A stretch of DNA of 64,000 nucleotides from Octopus sinensis (lineage: Eukaryota): positions 67,704,001-67,768,000 of the forward strand of contig NC_043008.1 of NCBI RefSeq assembly GCF_006345805.1, read 5' to 3'. The notes under the pieces are model-generated. The model was not told the origin of the DNA. It saw only the letters and a list, made by a program, of their open reading frames with translations, and searched no databases. Position 1 is the first letter of the stretch; every line of letters starts with the position of its first letter. Below are positions 38,575 to 52,620 of this stretch, one piece after another. A program made the translations under genes and the position numbers.

Positions 38575-38720
38575 TAAGGCGGTGAACTGGCAGAATCGTC
38601 AGCACGCTGGATGAAATGTTTCACGGTATTTCGTCAGTCGCTACGTTCTGTGTTCAAATTCCGCTGAAGTCGAGTTGAGCACTAACGGTCAATGTAGTCG
38701 ACTAGTCCCCTCTCCCTAGG
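38575..38720 (+). mobile_element. Family A SINE, internally deleted
   Basis: TAAGGCGGTGAACTGGCAGAATCG head directly after (TTA)n. Confidence 0.75.
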
Positions 38721-38889
38721 GCAGAGAAACGCACTGTATACATTGGTAGACCATTAAAATAAACAACCTAATTATCCTCCATTTACAAAGTCATGTTAGA
38801 GAGAAAAAGGGGAAGAAAGACAGAGAAAAATAAAAAATAAAAAGTAAACAGAGAAAATAAAGGGAAAAGGGGAGAGAAAATTCACAGCA

Positions 38890-40110
38890 ACAATGCTCTT
38901 CTCAATACGTGTGACGTATCAGTTAAGACAATCTTTTGCACTTCCTGTACGGATGGTAAGCCAGGGATCATTCTTAAATAATTTTCAGTTCCTTTTTTGA
39001 TCATTGCAAGTACTCATACAATCATTGGTATTATAACCGCCTTGAGATGCCACATTTTTTTCGATTTCGATTAGCAAATCTTTATACTTTCTGAGCTTAT
39101 CAAATTCTTTTGTCGAGATATTATGGTCATAGGTTATGCTAATTTCAATCAATAAACAGACTTCATTGTTTTGGTCTTTCACAACCATATCTGGTTTGTT
39201 TACCTGTCAATCTTTCTTATTTCTCTCATATTCCAGTTCAACACATTGAAACTGTAAATAACAACAGGAACTCCTAAAGAATTTATACATAACACTTTGT
39301 TATGTGTATTTAACTTGGATTTTAGGACTACTCGAACTCTCCTGTAACACTCCTTTAAAATTTTATACGCTGTACACAGACATGGGCGGATAGTTTTGGG
39401 GAGATTTGCTTTCATTATTCTTCGGGAGTAGGTAAGTAACACCTCTTGCTAACTAATCAGGTGTTTTCGTAGGATATCTCATAATTTCATTGACTAACTA
39501 GACTAACTTTTCGTGTGCACACGGGACTGAGGTGAGCCAGAAATTTGGCATCCTTTCATTACCAGGGTATTTTCACTTATGAGCCTTTGTGAGTGTCATT
39601 CTTATATCTGCTATTGGGATGTCTTCCCATGCTTGTTCTGGTACGTTTTGGTAGGATCATTCTGTATGTCTAATCCAGTCTTCATTTTCATTGTAAATCT
39701 TTTCATCACTCCAGATATTTTTCCAGAAGTTTTGAACTTCTTCCATGGAAGTGGGGTCTTCAACAGTTATTTTCTCCTTCCCTATTTCTCGGTAGAATGT
39801 TTTCGCATTGGATATGAACAGCTTATTTTGCGTATAAAATTTGTTTCTTTTTTCAAATCTTCGTATTATTTGAGCTTTTGCTTGGATTTTTTATTGCAGT
39901 ATTTTGCTAAAAGCAGCTCTTGGTGAGAATCTGTTTTCTTTTCATCTGTCTTCCTTTTCTGTTTTTTTTTACATCGTTTCCACATTAGTCCATTCAATTT
40001 TGATATTTCCCCTTTCGTTAATTCAATCTCTTTTTCAATTTTACCTTTCCAATTGGGAATTCTTCTTGGGTTTGTATGATAATAAATGAACACGTGTGAC
40101 ATTTTTGTCG
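38890..40110 (-). mobile_element. R4/Dong-like RLE non-LTR element with two internal deletions
   Basis: VQNFWKNIWS and YLLP..KNNE..IRPCLCTAYKIL fused to KECYRRVRVVLKSKLN; REIRKIDR fused to NKPDMVVKD..CLLIEISITYDHNISTKEFDKLRKYKDL (RLE). Confidence 0.8.
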
Positions 40111-40189
40111 TAGAAATTTATAGTTTGATTTCAGTGAATTTTCTATATAAATATTGCAGTGAAATACCGGATAAGAACGCCTTAATATT

Positions 40190-40380
40190 GGTTTCAAATT
40201 TTGGCATAAGGCCAGCAATTTCGGGGTAGAAATAAGTCGACTACATCGACCTTAGTGCTTAACTGGTATTTATTTTATCGACTTCGAAAGAATGAAAGGC
40301 AAAGTGGATCCAGGCGCTATTGGAACTCAGAACGTAAAGTTGGAAGAAATGGCGCTAAGCATTTTTCCCGGTGCCTTAGC
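40190..40380 (-). mobile_element. Family A SINE
   Basis: GAAAGAATGAAAGGCAAAGTGG...GAACTCAGAACGTAAAG. Confidence 0.75.
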
Positions 40381-40425
40381 GATTCCGCCAGCTCATCTTA
40401 ATATTAAACTATTTGTTATATCTAT

Positions 40426-40460
<35 letters not shown>

Positions 40461-41464
40461 TGTTCTTAATAATATATATTTATATGCTTAATCGACGGTG
40501 CGGTAGACAACCAGATACCGAACAATTTGGTGCGAAGACTTCCGTCTGGCACTCTGTTACCTCTGCAGACGTTTTTTGATACACACATCAATAACGAAGA
40601 ACAAAGTAATTAGTGCAAAAATTAAGTGCAGCAATTAAGTTTAACTCTTTTTCGCGTCTTCAAGCCAGGAGAAATAGATTGCCCGGATTTTGATGTAATT
40701 GTTGTTGTTGTTGTTGTTGTAGGAAAATAAAAGAGGAAACTTTGCAAAAAATGAAGAAACTTTGCTACATAAATCTCTAGCCAGACTGGAGCCAACACGA
40801 CATACTTATATAGATGTGTGTATGTGTGTGTGTGTGCATGTATGTGAGTACACGTGTATGTGTCTGTGTATATGTGTATACGTATTTATATAAAGATTAC
40901 ATCAAATAGTTAATTATATTTTTTTATCTAATGTATATCTTGATGAATAGGAATTTTATTGAATATACTTATGACCTATTTCAGTTTTGTTTGCTAACCT
41001 TTCTACACGTTCTTATCGTCTGCATTCGATAAACAATAACAAGACTGTCTCTTTCGGATGATAACAAAAAAAACTGAAGTATTGTACGTAATAGAATAAA
41101 AGATAAAACAAATTAAACGTTTAATAAAAAAATAAACATACAAAATTGTGAAGTATTTTTCTTCGAAGTTCTTCAAAACCACTTATCTTATATTTCCTGA
41201 CAATTAATTTCTGTAGGATTGGTGCCAAATATTTAGTTTTTGTTTTGTTTTGCTTTTTAAGTTTTGTTGAGCATTTGTGATAGTTAGCACCTATCATTCG
41301 CCATGTTTTTTTTTTCTTATACCACCATAAAAATATACATTAATAAATTTTGTTTATCGTATCACGTCCCTTCCGAAACAGAACAAACAGACATTTTACT
41401 AGAAATGGGAGCGCAAAATTCAGTCACACGACAGTGTTGCTAATAACTATAGTAATCCTTTCTC

Positions 41465-42000
41465 AAATAAGCACAAGGCTTAACATTTGGTAGGATGGAA
41501 CTAAACGACTAAATTAATCCCAGTGCTCAACTGCTACTAACCTTATCGACTCCGAAAGGTTGCAAAGCAAAGTTGACGACACTTGAACTCAGAACACAAA
41601 GCCAGAAAAAATGCCGCTAAGCATTTTATCCGGCGTGTTAGATTCTGTCTGATCGCTGCCTTTACAAATATTTTTTGGAAGGCCAGCAAATTTAAAAGAA
41701 GGGGTTAATCGATTACATCGATCCCAGTCCTCAATTGGTACTTATTACTTGACCCAGAAATGAAGTTGACCATGGCCGAATTTGATCTCAGGACCTAATG
41801 AGTCACAAGAAATACCGCTAGGCTTTTTGTTCGATTCCCTAAATATTCTGCGAACTCACTGCTATTAAGAATAGTTTTTAATTTAGACACAAAGACAACA
41901 GTTTAGTGAAGGAGTTAGTTGATCCCATTGATCCCACTACTTCACTGGTACTTTATTATATCAAGTCTGAAAGGATGAATTACAAAATTTGACCTTTAAA
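41465..42000 (-). mobile_element. Three tandem degenerate family A SINEs
   Basis: Repeated AAAG.AAAGTTGAC...GAACTCAG / GAAATACCGCTA segments at about 41465-41660, 41675-41860 and 41890-42000. Confidence 0.65.
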
Positions 42001-42194
42001 TCCCCGTCCCTAAAAAACAAGCCCTGTGCGTAAAGAGTCCATAGAAATGCCATCAAGAATTCTTATTTTGAACTTGATAATGACAGACTTACTGTTGAAA
42101 TATCGTTCAACTTATAAAATATCTTACAATCGAATCGTACTCTTTGTCTCGACTGTTTACTTTTGTGAAGAGTTACGTCAATCCTTTTCAAAAC

Positions 42195-42241
<47 letters not shown>

Positions 42242-42249
42242 CCTTTCTT

Positions 42250-42410
42250 CTATAGGCACAAGGCCTGATATTTTTGGGGAGAAGAAAGTCGATTACATGG
42301 ACACCCGTACTTGACTGGTGCTTAATATATCTACCCCCGAAAGCATGAAAAGCAAAGTCGACCTCGGCGGAATTTGAACTCACAACGTAGCGACGGGTGA
42401 AATACCGATG
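42250..42410 (-). mobile_element. Family A SINE
   Basis: GAAAAGCAAAGTCGACCTCGGCGGAATTTGAACTCACAACGTAGCGACGG. Confidence 0.8.
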
Positions 42411-42949
42411 GTATTGATGATGATAATTATGATGACGATAAGGAATAGGATGAGGATGAGGATGATGAGGATGATGACGAGGAGAAGGATGATGATGATG
42501 ATATTTTCTAAAATATTCTCACTGCTAGATATTGTGTGCAGTAATACAGTTTATCATATAGACTCTAATAGTTGACGTTTACTTGGGGTTTTTTCCAAAT
42601 GAAGAAGAATGTGAAATATATTTGACCCTGGCGAGATATGAGCTTAAGGTTTAAGAGGTTGTAACTAAATATGCCAGTAACTTTTATACTGCGTCTCACA
42701 AACAAACAACTGGAAGAATCCAGACTAATGTAAGATCTCAACTTTCAAGTAAATCCTATTACCAGGGACTCATGATATGCTGAAAGCTCTCCTGTTCAAA
42801 GAACATCGGGCCTCCAGAACCTTTTAGTCAATGACTTCTGATTCTGGTAGATTCGGTAACTGTTAGCTATGTTATGGGATGGCATGCTGACCCATCGCAA
42901 ACCCTCCTCCGGCTTCAACATGAGCTTGGGAGTAGTTTTGGTGGAATGA

Positions 42950-43870
42950 AATTTGCTAATAGAAAAGATTAATGAAATGCTAAGAAAGCTGCTTACAGCC
43001 CTTGACTGGTTCACCGAGAGAAATAACATTTTAATTCCTAAAGCTAAACAAACAGTAAACACTAAAAATGACAGAGTTCTAACCTGCTTTTCTGCAGATA
43101 ATAAAATATTGACTGCAGTAATATTGCAAAAATAATATACATCTAGAAAAATTAACCGACAATATGCTGTCAATATGCGACAATATGGTTGTAAAGATAA
43201 ATTACTAATCAATAAACCTAAAACCAAAAGCAGCAGAAAGAGGAAGAAGGGTATTGGGGTGGCATGGCTTGACGACTAGAAGGCTTTTGATAGTGTTATC
43301 CATACGTGAATCCTCAAAATATTTGCAATAATTAAGTTAGCATTAGTAACCCTTTGAAACCGCGTGAACAATTTAACGGGCACAATTTCGTTTGACTATA
43401 CCCCTGGACGACGCAAAAGTGGACAGTCATACAGTTTTGAGTTTACGGCTTGCTACTTGACAGAAACATTATTTTCAGCCGCGCACACAAAACCATGTGG
43501 CCTCCCGGGTTCAAAGGGTTTATAAGGAGGTGCATTAAATACATTGAGAGTAAATGGCAAACATTTCTACAAATACAAACAAATAAAAATTACAAAAGTT
43601 CACTACATAAGAAGAGGAATATTCAAAGACTCTTCTATCTCTACATTGTATACCTAGTGCGAACATCCTTAACCAAAATGTCACCCTGGCTAGATTTGGA
43701 CTCTAATGCTAAGCGAGGACTATCAGCCATCTTATGCATATAGATGACGTCATAGTGTACCTTGAAATATTATAAACAATTAGAAACACTGCTTCAGGTT
43801 AGAGGAAATTATATGAGAATAGGACTGAAAAATTGTGCCAAGTCGACCTTGAAAAGAGGAAAGTTTATTA
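42950..43870 (+). mobile_element. R4/Dong-like RT fragment, heavily decayed, interrupted by a MITE
   Basis: NNILIPK, VAWLDD*KAFDSVIH, IRRGIF, SHLMHIDD, IGLKNCAKSTLKRGK. Confidence 0.7.
43350..43518. mobile_element. piggyBac-like MITE (169 bp)
   Basis: Ends CCCTTTGAAACCG / CGGGTTCAAAGGG (12/13 match); flanks GTAA and TTTA look like decayed TTAA. Confidence 0.7.
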
Positions 43871-43948
43871 AGAATATTAATATCATTCTCTCTGTTATTC
43901 GGTGTCGATTGAGCTTGTGCAACCTGTACTCAGGTACCTACGACTCAC

Positions 43949-44148
43949 CTGTACTCTTCTCGTAATATATATTGTATCCAGATAACCATTATGTCTTGTC
44001 CTTCCTGTCCAGAAGGTTATCCTCTGGAACTCATTATCTTTTACTGTCATTACTGCAGGCATCGACATGCAATAGTTTAAGCAGAATGTTATCAGCATCA
44101 GTATTACTGATGTAAAAGGGCCAGTGAGCGGCACGAGTAGTGTCCCAT
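43949..44148 (-). CDS. Candidate internal coding exon (200 nt), product unknown, contains a hydrophobic segment
   Basis: Long polypyrimidine tract then AG at 44150-44149; 66 open codons GTLLVPLTGPFTSVILMLITFCLNYC...ITRRVQ; donor CAG|GTGAGT. Confidence 0.3.
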
Positions 44149-45231
44149 CTTCAGTCCAGCAAGTAAGAAAATAAAGAAAGACATTTAAGAAAAGAAAATT
44201 AAACACAGGCTTACAACTATTCAGGAATCAATTAGTTAGACCGTTTTGTAACACAGGAATGGTTTCTAAGCACAAGACCAGCAATTTTTGGTGGGGGTGG
44301 GGAAGGGATTAGTCGATATCATTGATCCCGGCTCTTTGACTGGTACTTTATTTTATCAACCTGCAAAGTTGGCCTCAGTGGCATAAGAACTTAAAATATA
44401 AAGAGCCAGAATGGCACAAAACCATTTCTCCAACGCTCTGACGATTCTTGCAATCCACTGTCTCGGTGCAACACACAAATGAAAGAAAAATTTTAAGAAG
44501 AAATAATATATACGCATGGAATTTATACTTAAAACAAGCAAATGCAAAAATAGGTAACAGACATCAATACACTGGCTGTCACAATAGTATGATATAGTTA
44601 TAATTGAATGAAATTATAACTAAGACATGTTACAGTTGAAATACCAAATTAACAAGTTGGTTACAAATTATAGTTGAATGAAATACCAAAACTAGGAATA
44701 AAGAATAAGCAAAGCAAAGACTAATTTAAAATACACCACCCAAAATTTTACTCAGGTCATATAAGCGCCTTCTGCAAGTAGAAAAATATTATGAAGTAGA
44801 ACGGCTAAAATATCTAGTAAATACTTGTGGAAAACTAATACAAATGTCTACAAAAACACGAACAAGGCAAAAAACTGTTTTCTTTCTTCAACGAAGCCAA
44901 TAAAAGTAAACCAGAAGTTGAAATGACAAGGGTCGGGGGCGCAGCACAGAAATGTAAATGAAAATTAGAAAGGAGTACTACTATAGAGACAGACAAACTG
45001 AACTCAATGCTAAAAATAACGTGATAAAAACTACACGAGCCACTTTAGTTTATCGAAGAACCCCAAAAGAAAACTTGTAAAATACTGTTTAACAAACTCC
45101 ATATATCTTTAATGATTTTTTTCTTCTATTTCTAATATTTTCTTTCTAGCGTACCGCCACATTAGTTCACGTATTTTAAAAAATATTTTCTTTCTTTCTC
45201 AGCAATTCAATACGTCATGAATTTTTTATAT

Positions 45232-45488
45232 TCTTTTACTTGCTTCAGTCATTTAACTGTGTCCATGCTGGAGCACCGCCTTGAAGGGGTTTAGCTGAAG
45301 AAATCGACCCCAGGACTTTTCTTTTAAGCCTAGTACATATTCTATCGGTGTCTTTTGCCGAACCGCTAAGTTACTGGGACGTAAACACACCAACACCGTT
45401 TGTCAAGCTGTGATGAGGACAAACACAGACACAAAGACACACACACTCACAGACACACACGCACTCATACACACACACACACACACGC

Positions 45489-45561
<73 letters not shown>

Positions 45562-45700
45562 TTATACGACGGGATTCTTTCAGTTTCCGTCTACCAATTC
45601 CACTCACAAGGCTTTGGTTGGCGCAAAGCTATAGTAGAAGACACTTGCCCAAGGTTCCACGCAGCGGGACTGAATCCTGAACCATGCGATACCGCCTTGA
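45232..45700 (-). mobile_element. Family B SINE, full length
   Basis: Homologous along its length to 59285-59712, with a (TA)n core. Confidence 0.85.
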
Positions 45701-46152
45701 ATTGTTTTGTTCGAACGAACTGACTCCAATACTTAAGCCTGGCACGTATCCTATCGCACCCTTTAATATGAACACTTAGTTTCAAGGACGAGGACAAATC
45801 AACATGTGGTGGTGGTGGTAGTGGGAATAAACACACACACGCACACACATGCACGAGTGCACACGCACACACACACACACGCACGAGTGCACACACACAT
45901 ACACACACGCGCGCACATACACACACACACAGACACACACAAACATATATATATATACAACGAGCTTCCACACAGTTTCTCTCTCTTAAATTCACTCACA
46001 ATGATTTGGTCAGCCCGGGTCTATGATAGAAGACACATGTTCCCAAGGGGTTGCAAAACAAGCTTTTTAATCACACAGATATTCTCCCGTGCCTATCAGA
46101 GTAGGTTTTATTTATTTATCTATTTATTTATTGGAAGCATTTTGTAGGTATA

Positions 46153-47365
<1,213 letters not shown>

Positions 47366-48191
47366 ACTTTTATTATCCCTTTGTATTCCCTTTGCGGGCC
47401 TTGAACTCACTGAATATTTCTGTTTTCGATTTGGATATTTTTTCTTGTGCAGCAATTTAAATAATTTTAGGCTTACTTTGCCAATATCCTTCTTTATGTA
47501 TTATTTTCTAATTTTCTGGTTGTATTTCATCTTTGGAAAGCAATCATGTATTCTTTTGTTCTACTCTTTTAAATTTAGAATTATTGGCAACCTTTACCTT
47601 CCTTTAGTTACAGTTATGAACCACGCAAATCAGCAACAGCTCACTGTCGACATTCAATAACAGCCCACTCACTCTATTGTGATTCATACTGTTCGTGAAT
47701 ATATTATCTACGATAGTAGATCAATGTAATGTTATTCTGTTGAGTCAAGAGATCTTTGAAAATAAAACCATGTTACATATACATTACATAGTTAAAATAC
47801 TTATCATTTATTATATTTATTTGAATGAATTTGAAAAGTCTATACTGAAATTTCCCAAATAAACAGACCTTTTAAGGTTTTTTTCTCAATACTTTTTCCA
47901 ACATAAAATCCTTAAATATTCCATTATTTCTAGTTTACAATTACGTTTTTCTGTACAGATTTCTGTTGTAATATATTGAAACATGTAATCATCTACTGTT
48001 GTCATTTTTCTATCATCTTATCATTGAAGCCGTTATTTACTTCGACAATCACACCTTCAACATTCTTCAAATTCCTAGCCAATTCAGAGCCATTCAACAC
48101 CCACACTTTTCCCAGGGCTGAGATAACCCTCCGATACATATATTATATTCGAAGGTTTTTTTTTAATCCGACTTTAATATTGATCGACAAT

Positions 48192-48412
48192 TTGGTAGCC
48201 GCAAGGCAGCGAACTGGAAGAAACATTGTCCTACCGGGTGAAATGCATCACATTGTTTCGTCCGTTCTGAGTTCAAATTCTGCATTCTTTCAATTCTTTT
48301 CATCCTTTCGGGGCGATAAAAAGAAGTACCAGTTGAGTAATGGAGTCGATGTAATCGACTTACCCTACCCACTGAAATTTTTGGCCTTATGCCAAAACTT
48401 GAAATTAATATT
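48192..48412 (+). mobile_element. Family A SINE
   Basis: TTCTGAGTTCAAATTC...TCATCCTTTCGGGGCGATAAAA core and tail. Confidence 0.75.
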
Positions 48413-48743
48413 TTGGTAGTTGATACTTTTCTGATATAGGGAATAATTGTTAACTTATGATCTTAACTTTCGTGTTAAAATAATCACTGTTATTTCTATA
48501 ATTCTTCCACACATCCATATGTCTGATGACCAGCTCTTCTGCCTCATGTTCTGTTTAGGTTTATAAAAATTACTTTATACTTTGTTTTCACGAAGATTGC
48601 ATTTTCTTCTGTGCTTTTTTTCCCCACGAATCCATCCATTCTGATGATGTCCATATTTAATTTAAGAAAACATCTGATCCCTTTGCCTTCTTTAAGAAGT
48701 GTCGATTTGTACTTTCTGTTTACAACTCTTTTTACTACTACTA

Positions 48744-48829
<86 letters not shown>

Positions 48830-48842
48830 CAACTGTCATCAA

Positions 48843-48881
<39 letters not shown>

Positions 48882-49709
48882 TATTGCACGTTTAGAAACA
48901 AAAAAATATTGCAGTTTTATTTCTGATTTTCTTTTTTTCGATGGAGAAAATAAGACATCGCGAGCTTATTTTCTTAAGTCCCTTGGTTTCGTTAGGATGC
49001 AGTGGAATTACCTTTTTCAGGATTCTGAGCTTCTTGTTCCATGCCATCTCCGCGGCCCATGTTTACGACTAGTATTTTGATCTCCAGTTCAGAGATGATA
49101 TTGTTATTTATTCTTATGGACTGCTCAAAAATCATCCATGCCATCTTCTTGAAATTTTGCACTTACCTTTCTCTCTACAACCCCAGGATCTTTACTTCTC
49201 CCGCCAAGTCTCCTTCTTTTTCTTGCATTCTGGTCGCTACTGCCTTCTCGACTTCCTTAGACTTGATATTATTTCTCGTCCTACGTCGTTCTATTGTCGT
49301 TTCGTTGCTGTGTGAATAAAGAGCAAGTGAATATCTTAAATTCTGTCTTCTGTGTATTCTATCTATATTCTTTAAAGTTAATCATAACATTTAGACTCTT
49401 TTTCAGTTGTAATGTTAATGTTTTGATTTCAATTGTCATGAATTTTCTTACACAAAATGTTCTATACATTGCATTATCTTTAATCATATAAATCCTTCTA
49501 CAAAGAAATACTTGGCGACCAAATGTTAAAGATTTCAACTCCACTGTCACCATAATAGGTAGGTCAAAGCAATATGAGCGGGAGAAAACTAAACAAATAA
49601 CAATATTCCTCCCTTAGTGAAGTAAAACTTTCAACAATTGTTTATTCACTTCTCTTCCTTGTTATGTTAAATAAACAGAAGTCAATTATAGCTAACTTAC
49701 TTTAGTAAA

Positions 49710-50088
49710 GTGGAGGCGCATTGGCCCAGTGGTTTGGGCAGCGGACTCGCGGTCGTAGGATCGCGGTTTCGATTCCCAGACCGGGCGTTGTGAATGTTTA
49801 TTGAGCGAAAACACCTAAAAGCTCCACGAGGCTCCGGTAGGGATGGTGGTGATCCCTGCTGTACTCTTTCACCACAACTTTCTCTCACCCTTACTTCCAG
49901 TTTCTGTTGTACCTGTATTTCAAAGGGCCGGCCTTGTCACTCTCTGTGTCACGCTGAATGTCCCCGAGAACTACGTTAAGGGTACACGTGTCTGTGGAGT
50001 GCTCAGCCACTTACACGTTAATTTCACGAGCAGGCTGTTCCGTTGATCGGATCAACCGGAACCCTCGTCGTCGTAACCGACGGAGTGC
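49710..50088 (+). mobile_element. Family C tRNA-derived SINE, full length
   Basis: tRNA-like head GGAGGCGCATTGGCCCAGTGG...TTCGATTCCC; 3' end CCCTCGTCGTCGTAACCGACGGAGTGC. Confidence 0.85.
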
Positions 50089-51360
50089 TTTCATCCACTT
50101 CAGTAAAATTTATCTGTTAATAAATTTTATGGGGCTGAGATTCTGGTTCTAATTAAAACAGGACTTTTGTTAAATTACAGTGCTGAATTTGTTTCGATAG
50201 ACTTCCCATTGAAATAGACTTTTCCTTAACGTGCATTGAGAATTTCGTCTTGCTGTTGATGTTGTTGGTATTGCACTGTGCTGTATTGTTTTTGATGGTG
50301 ATGATGAAGAAGCTATTTACTAAAATTTGATCCAGACGGGAAATAGTCCCCATGATCCTTTACAAGATCTTCGAAACTTGTGAGAGAGAGGAAGGAATCT
50401 TCAGATCAGAGACTTTGTTCAAAAGCTTCGAACAAAGTGAGTTCCATTAGAGACACTTGGTGGTTGCTTTAAACAAGCTGGTGGTTCAAGTCTACCAACT
50501 AAGCAGGCAATGGTAGGATTTGAACTCGGGATGCAAACAGCCAGAACAAATACCGCAAGGCATCCAGATCGACATTCTTACAATGCCGTTAATCCACAGC
50601 CCTCGATTGGTACTTTTATTTTATCAACCTCGAAATGATGAAAGGCAAAATTGACCCCGGATTTGAAGACAGAACTCCGTGAGTCGGAGCAAATATTGCA
50701 AGACATTCTATCCAATGCTCCAATTCGCTGCTTTCTTGTTTTTATTGTTGACGTCCTTGTTGCTGGTGTTCATGATGATGATAATGATATTCTTATTGTT
50801 GTTGATATTGTTGTTGCCACTGTAATTGTACTCTGTTATTGTTATTTAACGCACTTCCTGAGTCTAGTCTCATGTTTCCGGTTTGAAGGACAACAAAGAA
50901 TTTATTGAAAGATCGCTGTATTGTACTCAGTTACTGGTGATGTGAGGGTACCAATCCATCATCGCTGCATAATTCAGTGCACTGGGGATAGTGAAGGATT
51001 GTTTAAGTGGTCGCGTGAACTCCTAGAAACATTAGCCAAACACTCTTCAATATCACACCCCAACCGGTTTAATAAAGAACGGAAACATTCTTACACGCCT
51101 TAATATAAACGAAATCATAGATGTAATTGTTTTTTTAACCATATATCTACTCGATCAGGGATATAAACTAGTACAAAACAATAAAAAAAATTAACAACAA
51201 AACTGCACTTAGAGACGTTGCCAGAACGAAACGAAAACAAAATATTTTGAAATTTCAAAGACTTACGGTGGTATATGAATGTTTTAAAAGTGGACAATTT
51301 TAGCTGGTGTGATCAGAAGAATTTCTAGTGTGTTTCTTTGTTATTATTAAGACTAAATTA

Positions 51361-52100
51361 TAAGGCGGCGAACTGGCAGAAACGTTAGCACGCCGGGCGA
51401 AATGCTTAGAGGTATTTCGTCTGCCGCTACGTTCTGAGTTCAAATTCCGCCGAGGTTGACTTTGCCTTTCATCCTTTCGGGGTCGATTAAATAAGTACCA
51501 GTTACGCACTGGGGTCGATATGATCGACTTAATCCGATTGTCTGTCCTTGTTTGTCCTCTGTGTTTAGCCCCTTGTGGGTACTAAAGAAGCAGGTATTTC
51601 GTCTACCGCTACGTTCTAAGTTCAAATTCCTCTGTGGAATCTTTGTCTTTGTTTGTCCCTTCTATGTTTAGCCCCTTGTGTGTAATAAAGAAACAGGTAT
51701 TTCGCCCATCGCTACGTTCTGAGTTGAAATTCTGCCGAGGTCGACTTTACTTTTCATCTTTTCGGGGTCGATTAATTAAGCACCAGTAAAACACTGGGGT
51801 CGTTTTAATGGTAAACCAATGGTAAACCTCATCACAAATTTCAGCCCTTGTGCCTATAGTAGAAAGGATTATTAAAACTATTTATAAGGTGACCTAGCAG
51901 AATCATTTGCACGCTGAACGAGATGCTTAATGGTATTTCGCTTGTCGCTACGTTCTGAATTAAAATATCGCCGAAGTCCACTTTGCCTTTCATCCTTTCG
52001 GGTTCGATAAATTAAGTTACAGCTACACACTGGGCCGACGTTTTCGTCTTACTCCCGCCACTCAAATTTCAGGCCTTGTGCCTCTAATAGAAAGGATTAA
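51361..52100 (+). mobile_element. Head-to-tail array of four family A SINEs
   Basis: Full copy 51361-51592; copies restarting at AGGTATTTCG at about 51593 and 51693; another at about 51885-52100. Confidence 0.9.
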
Positions 52101-52620
52101 GACTAATTATTACAAGATTATTCTGTTTTCATGCTGGATGTTCTAGAACTTTCTGAAATAGGGGCTTTATTGGAATTTTTAAAAGAAATTTCTTGTTATT
52201 GTATAACTTAGCTAAACAAACACAAAAGCAATGATAACTAGACAGAAGCTTCCTGGAAAATATGTAATTAAAAAAGTGAGAAAATATTGTACAATGATAC
52301 TGCGAAAGAGGGTAGAAAAATAGAAAGGTATTTTATAAAAACACACTTGAAGGACTGTTGAGATATTGTGGAAGGACACTGTGGAAAAAAGGAGAGGTAA
52401 ATCATTGTGGAAAATACTGTAGAAGCACGCACACACACAGAGGAGCGATAATCTTAAGATAACAGCTGAAACAAACCTGAAGGCAGGGTGAAACCGTATA
52501 GAGACGCATTGTAATGATAGTGTTAAGAGACAATACAGACTGTGAAAGCAGTGTGGGAATAGTATAAAGACAGGGTGTAAAGATACAATGTAAAAAAGAC
52601 ACACATGGCAAAGCCTAATA

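Noticed and set aside
48500-49310. Possible CR1/Jockey LINE relic (RRRTRNNIK; RKCNL..TEH)
   Set aside because: Similarity is too weak to call without a profile search.
49710-49790. tRNA-like sequence (also at 21882 and 26190)
   Set aside because: The A/B boxes continue into SINE bodies and the cloverleaf stems are broken; SINE heads, not tRNA genes.
50230-50440. DGDDEEAIY peptide resembling an AGC-kinase segment
   Set aside because: In-frame stops and no other kinase motifs.
51361-52100. Regularly recurring repeats resembling a CRISPR array
   Set aside because: These are tandem SINE copies with no unique spacers and no cas genes, in a eukaryotic context.
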